A DNA stretch of 61,464 bases, filler included, from Basidiobolus ranarum (lineage: Eukaryota): assembly GCA_040143965.1 (NCBI GenBank). It is 6 parts of 6 records of this genome, joined end to end, with 100 filler letters (N's around TTAATTAATTAA, not from the genome) between each part and the next. Parts side by side here need not be neighbours in the genome. Positions count along the whole stretch, not along the records: positions 20,565 to 30,722 come from JASJQH010007607.1; positions 30,823 to 40,973 come from JASJQH010007608.1; 4 more parts are not named here. One strand, written 5' to 3'. The notes beneath the pieces were generated by a model, which saw only the letters and a list, made by a program, of their open reading frames with translations, searched no databases and was not told the DNA's origin. A program made the translations under genes and the position numbers. This document shows positions 26,534-39,401 of this stretch, in pieces (position 1 is the stretch's first letter; each line of letters starts with the position of its first letter).

Positions 26534-28240
26534 TTAGAACATCATCATTGCAGTTCTCCTCTTACCAAATGGATATACAAGTAAACTAGCAACAAAGAGT
26601 CCAACAGCAATACTCAAAGCCACCACGATCATTTGAAAAGCTAGAGTGGCTCCTCCAGAATTGTCATCCGTTCTATCTTTCTCATCGGTAAACAGAGCAA
26701 GGAATCCTTTAACACCCATACTACCGGGTACAAGTAGCATAGTACCGCTGAGAACAGCTGCAAACCCAAATCTATGCGTGATACGTGAGTAGACATTGCC
26801 GAGAAAAGCCACAACAAAGGCAGAAATAGCGGCACTAACTTGGGCACCAAGTGGTCCCGATGTGAAATAACTCACAACAAACCCAACAATGCTCAAAGTC
26901 AATATTGGAGGCCATTGACGGAAGGTTGCGTTCAAGAAGATACAGTAGTTTACAGCCAAGAGAGGTAAAAGTAGGAAGTACCACCATGCATTAATGGCAT
27001 GAGTATCGGAGACCATTTTAGAACCATCAATAGATTTCCAAATACTAGTTCCAATATTCAGTCCAAACCCAAGCATAAAAGCACTCACTAACGCAAATAC
27101 AAGTCGTACAACACCAGATATTAGATTCTTCGATCCCAGTTCAATGACAGATGTAGTCAACGATAAACCTGGTAAAAGAAGCGTAACACCTGATAACATA
27201 ACTGAACTATAATTTGCATATTTATGAAGCGCACTAGCCACAAAGGAACAGATTATAGCAGCCGTGATCTCAAAGACATTGGAATAATTGAAAATTTTGG
27301 ATGAAAGAATACTCAAGCAGCCAACACAAAATCCGAGTGCACCACTAAGTAAAGCATCAATCCAATCGCCATTGAAGGCCAAGGGGCAAATGAGGAAAGA
27401 ACAAAGGCAATAGTTGAGAATCTGGACCCACCATGAATAGACTGGCTTCTCTTCCATCATTTCTTCTAGAAGCTCATATGCAACTTCGACACTTAACTCT
27501 CCATAGATCACTTGACGTGAGATTTCGTAAGCACGTTCGAGTTTATCCATATTATATCCACGATCCGCTTTCAATATATGAGTATCACTTGTATGAGTAT
27601 CGGCATCACCAAAGGAAATAATAGCTACTCCAGGTAGAAAAGCAAATGATGTTTCGATATCCAATGCGTTGGAAGCTAGTGACATATTGTATTCAAGACG
27701 ATGAGCAGGTGAGCCAAACATAACCATAGCTTTGGAAAGAACCATCAAGTAGTCTTGTTTCAACAGTAAATCAGCGATATTGGCTGTAATATTCAGTTGC
27801 TCCTCTAAAGCATAGGCAGTATATCCATCATCAGCGAAACTGCTTCTGTTTGAAGCCAAAGGTATAGTTGATCCAGAGTGAGTGCGGTTGTCTTTAAATA
27901 TATCTCTTGGATTAGGTGTGGAGTAACCGGACTTGCTATGACCTCCTCCTTTGAGCATGCTTAGTCTAAGTAATTGTGTCAAAATTCCACCTCCAGTCTC
28001 GGATTGTGCAAAACGGTTTTTGCGGTTTGTGGAGAATTTGGCAACCATTTCTTTAGCTTCGATGTTTTTTTGTATCACCGTCTTATTACGTTGTAATGGC
28101 TTGACATCTTCCTGATCGGGGATATCCAGAGATGAAGAGGAGTTCTTCTCGGTGGTGTCGTCGACCTGAGTGTCCGTGGAGGATTGGTTGTCATCGTCAT
28201 CAATGGCAAACTTTGTTTTCTTTTGCTCGGGGTTTGTCAT
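26534..28240 (-). CDS. PRM10: Prm10-like ThrE-family membrane protein, copy 2
   Basis: Intronless; first ATG at 28240 (MTNPEQ); same motifs as copy 1 (GSPAHRLE, FAFLPG, THTSDTH, LISGVVRL, LLVPGS; ends GKRRTAMMMF). Confidence 0.9.
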   Translation of the reverse strand: MTNPEQKKTKFAIDDDDNQSSTDTQVDDTTEKNSSSSLDIPDQEDVKPLQRNKTVIQKNIEAKEMVAKFSTNRKNRFAQSETGGGILTQLLRLSMLKGGGHSKSGYSTPNPRDIFKDNRTHSGSTIPLASNRSSFADDGYTAYALEEQLNITANIADLLLKQDYLMVLSKAMVMFGSPAHRLEYNMSLASNALDIETSFAFLPGVAIISFGDADTHTSDTHILKADRGYNMDKLERAYEISRQVIYGELSVEVAYELLEEMMEEKPVYSWWVQILNYCLCSFLICPLAFNGDWIDALLSGALGFCVGCLSILSSKIFNYSNVFEITAAIICSFVASALHKYANYSSVMLSGVTLLLPGLSLTTSVIELGSKNLISGVVRLVFALVSAFMLGFGLNIGTSIWKSIDGSKMVSDTHAINAWWYFLLLPLLAVNYCIFLNATFRQWPPILTLSIVGFVVSYFTSGPLGAQVSAAISAFVVAFLGNVYSRITHRFGFAAVLSGTMLLVPGSMGVKGFLALFTDEKDRTDDNSGGATLAFQMIVVALSIAVGLFVASLLVYPFGKRRTAMMMF

Positions 28241-30722
28241 TATGTGATAGTTGTGGAGAGGATTCAAGGCAAGGTCTGAATTGAACTAAAGGTTGGAGTA
28301 AATTTGTATAGATAGCTTTTAAGAAGCTTTGTTGCAAAGTGGCGACGTAAACTATTCGCAAGCGATTTAGTAACAGAGAATGAGAAGATGGGCCACGGAA
28401 ATTTCCGGTAATATAAAGTATCTCTGAGAGAGCGCAGAGAGATAAGAATCTTTGAATGATGATAGAGGTGAGATACCTTGGGTTTATATAGGGATTTCCA
28501 TAGCATCCAAATGCTTTCACTGAAATCATTCTCACGTTTACTGGCTTAAGCATTCAAGTAGGATCCATTTGATTGTATCGCAATCACATCCCAGTTTCCT
28601 TTTTGAACGATCCATGATTCCATACGAACAATAAGCTATATGTATCTAGTCGATACAATAAAATCATCGAGAAACTCAGAGCAACATCAGTATGGGGAGA
28701 ATGTTTCTGTTATTTTTATTCCGTCCTACCAAAGCGGTACGATATCAAATCCACCCCAAGGATTAATATAGCTCGAATGGGTGAGTCCATTGATACACAT
28801 ATATGCATCATGACTTACAACGGCTGGCATTTCTCGCAGCAACTTTCGGTTTGATGAACTGGTTGACAAGATGATTTGAAACTCAAGAATAGTTCGCCAT
28901 TGTATGCGTAATAATGGACTTTCATAGTGAGCAGATTCGGCTCAATCCCTACCTTGACTGACTCCGAAGACCCGATTCATCGTTTGTGTGATTGATAATT
29001 CGTTCGGACCCTCTACGGCAATATAATGGAGTATGACGATTGGTAGGTGAACTCCAATCCTTAACGCCATTGAGTATCTCTGGACGAGGGTAAATCTCAA
29101 ATTGGGTATCAAGATCTCTGGCAAAGATGCCAACCTACTGGCGAGTGATTCGCCCATTGCTAGTCCAGTGCCTGGTATGTCTCCCCTAAAACGCGATCAG
29201 TCCTAGGGTGATGTAGTGGCTTATTTCCTATCGATTTATTAATTTTGACATAATCATCGGCTTCTTTCCACATTGCCCTTTGAATGCCACTGATGCCCTG
29301 TATTTGGGAATGATTATGACGTCGTATATACCCAGGTTGGCATGCATATGAAATTCTACGATTTATCTCATCAGAAATCTGAACATAACAAGGCAACCAT
29401 CTGCGATAGCAATCAGTGAAATAATGATCACATTCATATGGATCATCAATCTATGTCATCATTGGGTTCAGGTACTAACTCGGATTGAAGACATAATTCA
29501 GGCTCCAGAGATATGGGGTTAGGAAAGAACAATAAGACGCTGCTTAGAAGATTCTTGCTGTTGTCTGAAACACTTCCATTCTTAATTCCCTCGGAGTCGG
29601 AATATGCACACTTTGTTGGAGTCCAGCAATATACATTGTGATTATCCCATTAGAAGACACCAATGCATTACATCAGATTCGCCTTTCCTCAGAATGGGAA
29701 ATGGCAAGACGACATTATTATGACATATGCAAAATTCCAAATGACCACTAATTATTTCGGTTGGAATGATAAGACTCAGAATAGCAACACACAACTCTAT
29801 TATTATTATATTCTATGTTCCATCAATGGCTTTTTCGAGCACGAAAATCCTGATGATGCTTCATATGCGTCGTGTTTCGCAGAACATAAATTGCATTGAA
29901 TCTTTGCAAATTCTCACTCGCCGAAGATGCTTGTGGGAGGAGAAGATTCGATTCCTTACCAAACAGGCCTGCGAGTAACCCATCCAATAAACTTGAGAAA
30001 CATTTATATCAAGTACCCAGACTACACCCTGCCTGCAAGCAGTCCTTTTTCCTAATGAGGTTAAGTGGTTTAAATATTGCACAAAATTGGTTGACTATAT
30101 GTGACATTTCACGAATCCCTAGATCCTGTAGAATTTGATACTCTGCTATCATAAAGCTAGGTTGTAATCTTCATATAAAGATCAAATGTGACATGAAAAG
30201 TAGGGGCTACGCTGACATGTACCATGCAATTCGAATGCAATTCTGAACATAATATTCCAGTTTTCTGATATATATTAGCGTCTTGCCTCAAATGAATCTC
30301 TGAAACCTGGTACACTGTAAAGTCCCAAGTTTGATATATATAGTTATTTTGGAATGGTTCAAGTCGGAGCCAGGAGAGTATTTCTCTTCTACTGAATAGA
30401 CCGATCCTTAGGATAGTGTGCTCATTTCAAGGTGGAAGTGACAATTATAAAGTCTTGTAAATAAAATATACTCGCCATAGCAGCTGCCAAATCTAATCTG
30501 TAGAGTCTATATGATTTAGGCGCAAAGAATTCCTGAAATGTTCTCGGTGAATTGTTTTTCGCTAGGAAGAGCTGAAAAGGAAACCAATCAAGGGGGAATT
30601 CGGTGATTAAGTTTACCACACTCCTTTTTCACAAGACTCCAGACGCCCCATACCTTTCATGGGTCTTTTATGGGATCTACACGCCCCAAGGAATAATGGT
30701 AGGCACAATTAGAATTACTGTT

Positions 30723-30822
30723 NNNNNNNNNNNNNNNNNNNNNNNNNNNNNNNNNNNNNNNNNNNNTTAATTAATTAANNNNNNNNNNNNNNNNNNNNNN
30801 NNNNNNNNNNNNNNNNNNNNNN
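30723..30822. other. Artificial contig spacer
   Basis: 100-nt N block with TTAATTAATTAA. Confidence 0.97.
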
Positions 30823-33800
30823 TGATTGGGCTTTGCGAACTGCCGGTTTTACAAGCTGGAGATGGGTAAATATGGAACTCGACGAATATTCTGGAGAGGA
30901 CCCAGCTTACTGGCAAGATTTCCTGATTAATTGTCCTATCATAGCCCTGGAAGCCATAAAATAAACCACTCATTCGCCCATAATAACGGGATTTTACCTC
31001 ATTTGTCAATTTTAAATTTGTATTACCCACAAATCCAATGTACAGCCCGCATGAGATGAGCGGCTATAGGACTTGCTACCATTCAGATGTAAATAAATGA
31101 AAAGCCATGTAAAGAAAGTTTCACAGAACTCCCCTTTTGGTGCACCTGACTCCCCTAATATAGTGCACTTAAGTAAGCAAGTTGCATTCTTAAGGCTAGG
31201 CTGGGAGATGAGTCACTTCCTTGGTTAAGCTTTATTTTTAGGAGTGCACTCCAATCGGAGAATGAATCGAGTTGAAATTAGCCGGTTGGATTGTTACATC
31301 TATATTACGATGTTGAAGATGTCATTAGTGGATATATATCACGATGTGGAGAATGTCGATATTTTGCTTCATTCGGTATATGTCCCTAAGCTGGGTGAAA
31401 ACTGATTCTAATTCAGGACTTCTTTCTATTGTTTATGTGGGGGAGTTTCGTATGTGAAACCACGTAGTGAACCCGTATATAGCGGCGTAATTCTAATAGA
31501 AAAGCATAATTCTAAGCAATGGAAATCCATATTCTGATTTTTTAATTATGCATCTCATCGTATCTAACAGGAAGAAGAGTGCACCAATGTAACTAGTGCT
31601 TTACTTCAAGTGGAAGTGAACGTGATTTGGTACGAGTTAGTTTATTGTTGACTTACAAATCTTGCATAAATTCATGATGAGTCTAATGAGTATGGAACGA
31701 AACAGGGTTGAATCTTTATGAGAGCTAATAATAAACTCCTATGGGAGAATCAATGTGTCGGTATAGACTGGATAGATTGAAATATGATACCACACCACAA
31801 GTTGTATCTTGGCTTTTTTTTGATGTCGATCTACTGACTGTGTCATCTTATAAATGCCAGAATGGCTCATTTTACTCCTATAGATTCTCTGAATATGATA
31901 TTATCGATTACTTGCAGTATTACCTCCAAAAGTATAGATGCTTCATCTACGCTTAGTTGATGAATATATCTTAAACTCTATCAATGGAGCTATGTTGCAA
32001 TGAATACTCTTTTGACTTTTTTCCCCAAATTTCCTGCCATTGTTTTTCAAGATAATCATCTTATAGGACTTGAGCTAAAAATCCCCAATTTAATACTGGA
32101 GATACGCATATTGAAATTAAATATCCATTTGTCAGGAATGACTAGAGGATATTCTTGTCCAATTAGAGTATTATCCAGTAAAAGATAAGAGGGCCAGTAT
32201 TTTCAAGCAAACCACTTTCAAAAGATAAAATTTAAGAACCTGATTGAGCCTGGGAATTATTTGTTGAGAAGCCATATTGAAGTATATGCTCTATGGTTTT
32301 GAATATTCCTATCAATACATATCTGACTATATCATAAATCAAATCTTCAACCAAGTTGTACGTTCCAACTCTGAACAAGAATTTAGCATCTATGAGAATT
32401 GTCCAGAAATTAGCAAAGTTGAACTTGAAATTTCCAAGTCATTAAAGTTAAGCCCAAGATTGCTCATTTAACTTCCGCAGATGGTCTGAGCACAATACCA
32501 TCACTTGTTTCAGCTTTACCTTCAAAGGTATTGACACTTTTCCATACTCTTAGCATATATCTCTCAAGCTCATCATGAAACCATTCCTGAAAACTCCTAT
32601 AAACATCAAATCCTCCAAATAAAAGTACATCAGAAATTACTTCGTTCAAGCCTTTTTATTTATACTGGGAGAACTGTATCCCCCAACCTCGTTGAATATA
32701 CCCTTCCCAGAACATTTATATCCAGTTTGTATTTGGATTCTGATGTTTATATGGGTAGGATAGAGTCACTAAAAACTTAACGGAGAGCCAAGCTGAACTT
32801 CGCAACTTGTTATTTGCCGAGTTGGAATGCAATGGAATTCCGATAGACAACACTCATATCTGGAAGGCGATGCTGTACCACACTCAGTCATAATGTGGAA
32901 GTTAATTAATTGAGATATTTCATGCATCATTAGACATATATCATTGAATTTTACTATGATGATTGCTATCAGAGTGCAGTACATTAGATGACAGGGTAGT
33001 AGGAGGTAAATTACTTGGTTCACCCGATTACGAAAGAGATAAAACCATAATGCAGCATGGTGAATACAGGCTTTTACACGTGAAATAAGATAGCTAGTCA
33101 CATTAGTAAGTTATTAATTGATTGTTACGAGATGCATGACACAGCAATCCGAACTACGACTGCGTGTTACGTGTTCTTTTACAATTATGGTTACAGTTAC
33201 ATATTTGAAATCAACCCTTTTATGACATAAAAGCCAATTTTAATGGCGATTCAATGTTATCCCGCGTATCGTGGATTGGGTATCATGGCTTGGGGGAAAA
33301 TTGGCATAAAGCTATTATCGACCATAACATTAGTAATGTCAAGTTAGAGACCACAGGTTTGGGCGTTATTGTGATTCTATTTTGGTGGGATACGAGGTAG
33401 CATATCTAAGAGAATCCGAGAATGCAAATATTCATACACCACAAGCAAAGACATCTTCTGCTCATTTGTAGAACTTAATATAACATGGCTATTCTCTGTA
33501 CCTGTACCTTCATTATATTTCACTACAGCTCCAGTACGTGAGCCTTCGGGCTCTACAAACTTTAGAGTCCGCAGATCTTTGTTCCACAGTTACTTTATCA
33601 TCAATATAGGATTATGTTATTCCAAACAAATTGTATCACTATTATCATCAAAGTTGTAACAATTTTATAAGTTGACCACATGTTGGCCATTTGATCGGTT
33701 TCCTAATGTAGGCTGATGCGCTACTTGTGCCCATGGAGGGATTATGAAGGATTATCTCACACACACATCGGCCTTGCTTTATGCCTGTAGCCTCAGTTCT

Positions 33801-35082
33801 GTTTTTCAACACATTCTAAGCATTCTTGCCTATTTTCACTAATCAATATTATCGTTATATAGGATTGTAGTTGGCAGGTGTAAAGATTCAGGTTGAAAAT
33901 TCACTTCAAAAGTTGTATCTTCCGCACAAATACACCCTTATATGCACCCTCCTACCACGTGTGTCGATTGACCTAATAAATTTAACCTGAATCTAGGTCC
34001 ATTCTCTATGGGTATTATATCATTAATTATATTGTACAAAGAATTAATATTCCTATGGAGCAGTTACTCTAGCATGATATTATAAATCTGCTCGATCATG
34101 ATGACCGAAATGGCGCACAAAACACTATGCTGGTAATATTAGATTAGAGTTTAAATTTCAGAATGGGATAATTAATTTGATATTGACCTGAGCCACGATA
34201 GGGCTGAGCTTGTGTCGACTTCCTCTCTACTACGAGTAAGAGTTCATGTATTGTTTACTATATTAGTAGATGAAATAGACATGTGTGTACAATGTCGACT
34301 GCTGCTGTTATCAGCCATGATATTCCTTGCTAGTATAGGCGCATAGATCTATGGGAATAACCGTTAACAAAGTTTTTAAATCTATCGAGTGGAGCATTCT
34401 AAAGAAGAGTGTCCAGACTGCTTCTGATAGCCAAATATAGCTCGGAATGTTTTACATGCAGCTCATCGCTTGAATTTTAGCATTACAAGATACTTCATCA
34501 TACACTGAAGACGTGATATGTAAAAGTGAATTTCAGTTACAGAATGTGAATTCCAAAATTTTCCACTTTTCCATAATTAGAATAGCGTCCCCTGGATATG
34601 CATACATTGTATTAACAATAACAAACTGGTATATGTAGTACGCATTTGGTTGTATATTCATGAAATATAGGCTCAAACAATACTCATTAGTAACGTTAGA
34701 TTCATGATTTTATCTGATTCACTCTCATGAATTAAGTGATACACATATATACAAACCCTAATGTACCACCACTGGAGGAAATGGATGTAGACTTCACTAA
34801 TCTATATTTTTACGAGTCAAATCTCACACCCTCACGTTTAACGTAACCAAGGTTTCAATACCTCTCAACAGGCTCAATAGCCTGATTTCTGTCGAAGAGT
34901 TGGGAAACTTTATGACTTCGCATTGGGATATGGTACTAGCTACACAGTACAAGATGCTAGCTGATATTTTATTCCTTGGAAGATATGTAAATGAAACTAT
35001 TGACCAACATTCAACATATCATCTGGCATTTAGCTACTTCCGCATTCGTTAATATTGGTCAAGAGCTCTCGAATAACTCAAG

Positions 35083-35480
35083 ATGCAAAAAATGGATTCC
35101 GGGGACCTTTAAAAGGGAGTAAAAATCACTCGTGGGGATGGTAGCAAACCTCATATTCCTATTATCGGAGGTGGCGTTTATGGTCTCGCTACCGCTTGGA
35201 CTTTACGGAGCTCGGGAAGTCACTGTTCTAGCCAAGCAATATGCTCAACGTGGTGCTCATGAAAACGAGATCGTCTCTGAGATTGCTGGTGCGTTATGGG
35301 AATGGCCGCCTGCGGTCTGTGGCTCCCATGGAAAGGATACCGATGCACAGTTGAAAAATTTACAACGCTGGTGTCAGGTTTCCTATCTACAATTCAAGAA
35401 TATTTCTGGTAAATTCGGTGCGGAAGATACTGGTATTCGTAAATGCATGTCGTGTTTCCTATTTGATCGTAAATTAACCA
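35083..35480 (+). pseudogene. D-amino-acid oxidase-like FAD-dependent oxidoreductase, disrupted 5' fragment
   Basis: One frame reads MQKMDSGDL*KGVKITRGDGSKPHIPIIGGGVYGLATAWTL (GxGxxG at 35167-35184, stop at 35110). After a frameshift near 35215 the listed ORF frame reads EVTVLAK...SEIAGALWEW...RWCQVSY...TGIR, as in DAO N-termini. No C-terminal two-thirds found. Confidence 0.8.
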
Positions 35481-36037
35481 CTGGAGGTTATGTTTGTACA
35501 AGTTCTTATATGAGACTAAATAAGACTTTGGCCAAGTTCTACCGAACATTAGATTATTTACACCACTTTTTAGTAGAGTATAGCTAATGACACACTAATT
35601 TACAAAAGTAATTTCCAAAATGCCATGAATATAGCTGCTACATCTGCATGTGCTACACAAAAACTAAATTGAATTTATAAACCAGGACTCCTGCTTACAA
35701 AATATAAATACACTACAGTACACAGTAAGCCTCAATGCTGTTAAACATATGCCATGAAGCTAAACCTGGAGAATATATCATCAAGAAACGCAATTAAAGC
35801 TCAATAGCTAATGGAGTAGTGTGGGGTGGGAAGAAACCAACTACTCTGATTTCGATCTTACCCCATGCATACACATCAGAGAGTAGGAGATATAATATTG
35901 AAATCAAGACGTAGAAGAGGTAAATATCACAGGACTATAAAACGTAACTACAGTACACTAAGTAATACTACTAATATATCTTGCTTAGATTCTATAGAAA
36001 CAACTTTTAATTATCAACAACTTCTACACACTTGATA

Positions 36038-36590
36038 GTGGAATTTTCTGCCTCAAAGATATTATGCCTTTTTTCTGGACTTACTGCTATTAGTGCAGCT
36101 GCACTAAACCCAAGGCTACAAGCAAGAGACAATGAAGCATATGACGTTAAAAATCTCTTTAATGGTGGAAATAATGGCAATGGCAACGTGGTAATGGCGC
36201 CGGTACTTCTGATGCTGGAAAGGGTGAAAACGGTAACGGCGATGGAAACGGCGGTGTTGGAAATGGTAGTGATAGCGGTTATGGTTATGGGAATTTGTGT
36301 ATTTCTTTTTCATTCAACAGCGTTTTCCGAAATCGGTACTATAAAAATACCAGAGTCAACAACTTCTCCCTGATCGGATTTTACATCGCTGCCTTCAAGT
36401 TCAAAACTAAGTCCCGACTGATACTTTGCATCAGAATTGTCTTGCACATATTCGCATTGTTCAAGTTATCATGATTCCTGGTAACGGTGGTAAGAACCTG
36501 ATTGGTAGGGGAACTGGCTTGCGGGCTGCTCAACAGAAAGGGTTTGATCACCCCTATAATAATAGCACAAATGATATAAGTTAGTTAGTC
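36038..36590 (+). pseudogene. Probable disrupted gene for a small secreted Gly/Asn-rich protein
   Basis: Signal-peptide-like EFSASKILCLFSGLTAISAAAL..LQARD preceded by GTG rather than ATG; GGNNGNGN continues after a frameshift (~36188) as GNGAGTSDAGKGENGNGDGNGGVGNG; TATAAAA at ~35937. 3' end uncertain. Confidence 0.45.
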
Positions 36591-37214
36591 AATTGATCAG
36601 TGAAGCAAGTTCCGTTTTAACAGCAACTAAACTCTGAGATATTTATAGATCATACCAAGCAATAAATATATTTGGGTAAGCAAGACCAGCCTACATTGTG
36701 GTGATCAGCATTCCAAAATATTTTTAGTATAAGAATTTTACTTTGAGAAGAGCACTTTTTGCAACAGTTAATACGTTTGTAGCGGAGTAGGCACAAATAC
36801 TCATTCACCAGTAAAGACAGAAACTTGGATCCTTATGACATCCTTAGAATATGCATCTCTCACTCAGTACTTTGCTTATTAAAATGGTTATGGAATATTG
36901 TATGAGCTTGTTATATTACTAACACATTTCTTAGAGACCAATTTCTTATCACCAAAATCTCCAGTTTTGTTTATATCTTCTCCAGGATACTCCCATCAAG
37001 TGCTTCATAACTTAAGTTTAGTGCATACCTAAAGCAACTTGGTATAATTGAATCCATCAGAGACTCCCATTGTGGTAACTGTTCCAACTCATTGTTCTTG
37101 TGGTTCTCTGGCAGTAACCTTGCAACTTTATATTACTCTGTAATTAATTTTTCCCAGATGTTTGTGTATCCTCTATGACCCTTCAGATTGACTTGAATGT
37201 AGAACTTTAGAAGC

Positions 37215-37563
37215 TGCTAAAGTAATTGGGAGCCTGTTGGAAGTGGTTTGGGGAATTAGAGAAATTTGTGTTCTTCACTTGTTGATTTATTAAGTTGAAA
37301 GTTGACATTTATAATTTTGTCAAAATATAAGCAAGTAGTTGTGTAGATTTTGTTAAGGAAGGTCCCAGGAACATGTGCTCAAAGCTTAGGGCTTCTAGCA
37401 CAAATTTGAAAATATATATATATCAGAGAACTTCTAAGTTGGTACAAATATTATAGGTAAATTCCAGTTGAGAATAATGGGTAATAGCTTAGTGAGATAT
37501 AGGATAACTAGATACTTATCTATATATGACTATATAGATGCTTAGGCAATGCTTATTTCAATA
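37215..37563 (-). mobile_element. Copia 3' LTR, element 1
   Basis: Same LTR family; PPT (CTCTCCCTC on +) abuts at 37564. Confidence 0.9.
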
Positions 37564-39052
37564 CTCTCCCTCTACTAAATAGTCATAAAAACTAATCCCA
37601 AGGAAGGTCTAAATTTCTCAAATTTCTTTTTGGCTAATTGTTCAGGTAACATATCAGCAATCATGTCTTCAGTAAAGCAGTAAGCTTAGTCAATAAAATT
37701 ACTCTCAATAGTCTCTGTAACAAAGTGATGTCTAATATCTATATGTTTGCCACTAGTATAAATATGGGATTTTTAGCTAATTTGATGCATCTTTGACTAT
37801 CCTTAAATATTGTAGCTGGTGAATTTTGAAAACAGCCCAATTCTGTTAGAAATTTTCTTAAAAATGTTGCTTCTTTTGTGGCTCTACAAGCAGCCATTTA
37901 TTCTGCTTTTGGTGTTGAAAGTGCTATGACAGGTTGTTTCTTTGAATTCAAAGAAACAGCTCCATTACAGCAAAAAAATATGTATCCTGTTGCAGACCTC
38001 TTGTCTTCAGTATCTCTTCCCCAATTTGCATCTGAATACCCCATTAGATTAAAGTTTTGAAGCACAAATCCATAGCACCTTTGTAATATCTGAAAACCTA
38101 CTTGACTGCTATGATTTGATTGGATTCATGATTTTGAGGATATTGACACATACCTCCCACAGAATAGGCAATATCTGGCCATGCTCCAGCCATGATGTAC
38201 ATCAAACTACCAACCATAGATTGATAAGAAAATTTCCAGCATTCATTTAAGTCCATGAACATCTGATTTGAGCCAGTTTGGGTCAAGTTAAGATTATCAC
38301 CATTAGGGTATATACTGGATTGCATTCTTACATTTTAAGCTTTTTTAATCCATCTACAATATGCTTAGACTGGTTCAAAGGTATTGTTTTTGTAGTTCTT
38401 TTCATCTTAATTTGAATTCCCACAGAGTATATTGGCTCACTAAGATCAGTCATTATGAATTTAGTGGTTAAGCTGGATTTGGTTTTTCCAAAGTCTGCAA
38501 GTCTTTGGTTGCAGTAATAAGCTCATCCACCTATAAGGCCAGTGAAACAATGTTTGTCTTGTTAGGCCTGAAATAGATACACTGGCCAGCATTACACTAT
38601 TGGAATTTATGTATTTCAAAAAAAGCTTCTATCTTGCTATTCCAAGCTCTTGGAGATTGTCTTAACCCATAAAGTGTTTTCTGCAGTGTTGAAATATTTG
38701 TAGAGTTTCCCAGATTCATAAATCCATCCAGCTGGTTTATAAAGATATCCACAGCAGGCTCACCATTCAAAAAAGTTGCTTCAACATCAAATTGATGTAC
38801 AGATATTTAAAATTTGGCTGAAATTGCTAAAATCAATCTACTTGAATTCAACTTTGCTACAGATACAAAAGATCCAGTATAATCTATTCCTGGTGTGTGA
38901 GAATTGCCTTAGGCTGCTAGTCAAGCCCCATATCTTTCTATATTACCATCTGAGTGGCATTTACTTCAAACACCCATTGGAAGCCAACTAATTTTTTATT
39001 AGTAGGTTGATTGAAATTCTAATCTGGTCATCAATCAAAGCCTGGTACTCAT
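37564..39052 (-). mobile_element. Degenerate copia pol (RT-RNase H), element 1
   Basis: Fragments such as YGLRQSPRAW, YQSMVGSLMYIMAGAWPDIAYSVG, GYSDANWG and KQPVIALSTPKAE with many stops and frameshifts. Confidence 0.9.
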
Positions 39053-39401
39053 TATTAAAGTATTTGGGATCCTGTTGGAAGTAGTTTGGAGAATTACAGC
39101 AATCAGTGGTTTTCACTTGTTGATTGATTGAGTAGAAAGTTGACATTTATAGCTTTGTCAAGATGTAAACAAACCAATAAGTAGAATGTGTTAAGGAAGG
39201 TCCCAGGAACATGTGTGCAAAGTTTGGGGCATCTAGCACAAGTTTGAAGAAATTTATATACCTGAGAACTTTTAAGTTGGTAAAAATATTCTAATTAAAT
39301 TCCAATTGAGAATAATATATACTATCTTAGCAAAATATAAGATAACTAGGTACTAAGCTACATATGACTATATAGGTATTTAGGCAATGTCAATTTCAAC
39401 A
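39053..39401 (-). mobile_element. Copia 3' LTR, element 2
   Basis: On the minus strand begins TGTTGAAATTGACATTGCC right after the PPT at 39402-39411. Confidence 0.92.

Noticed and set aside
28900-33200. Many 60-110 aa ORFs, including a CpG-poor tract near 32000-32760
   Set aside because: Lengths expected by chance; the CpG-poor tract may be an old TE but shows no diagnostic motif.
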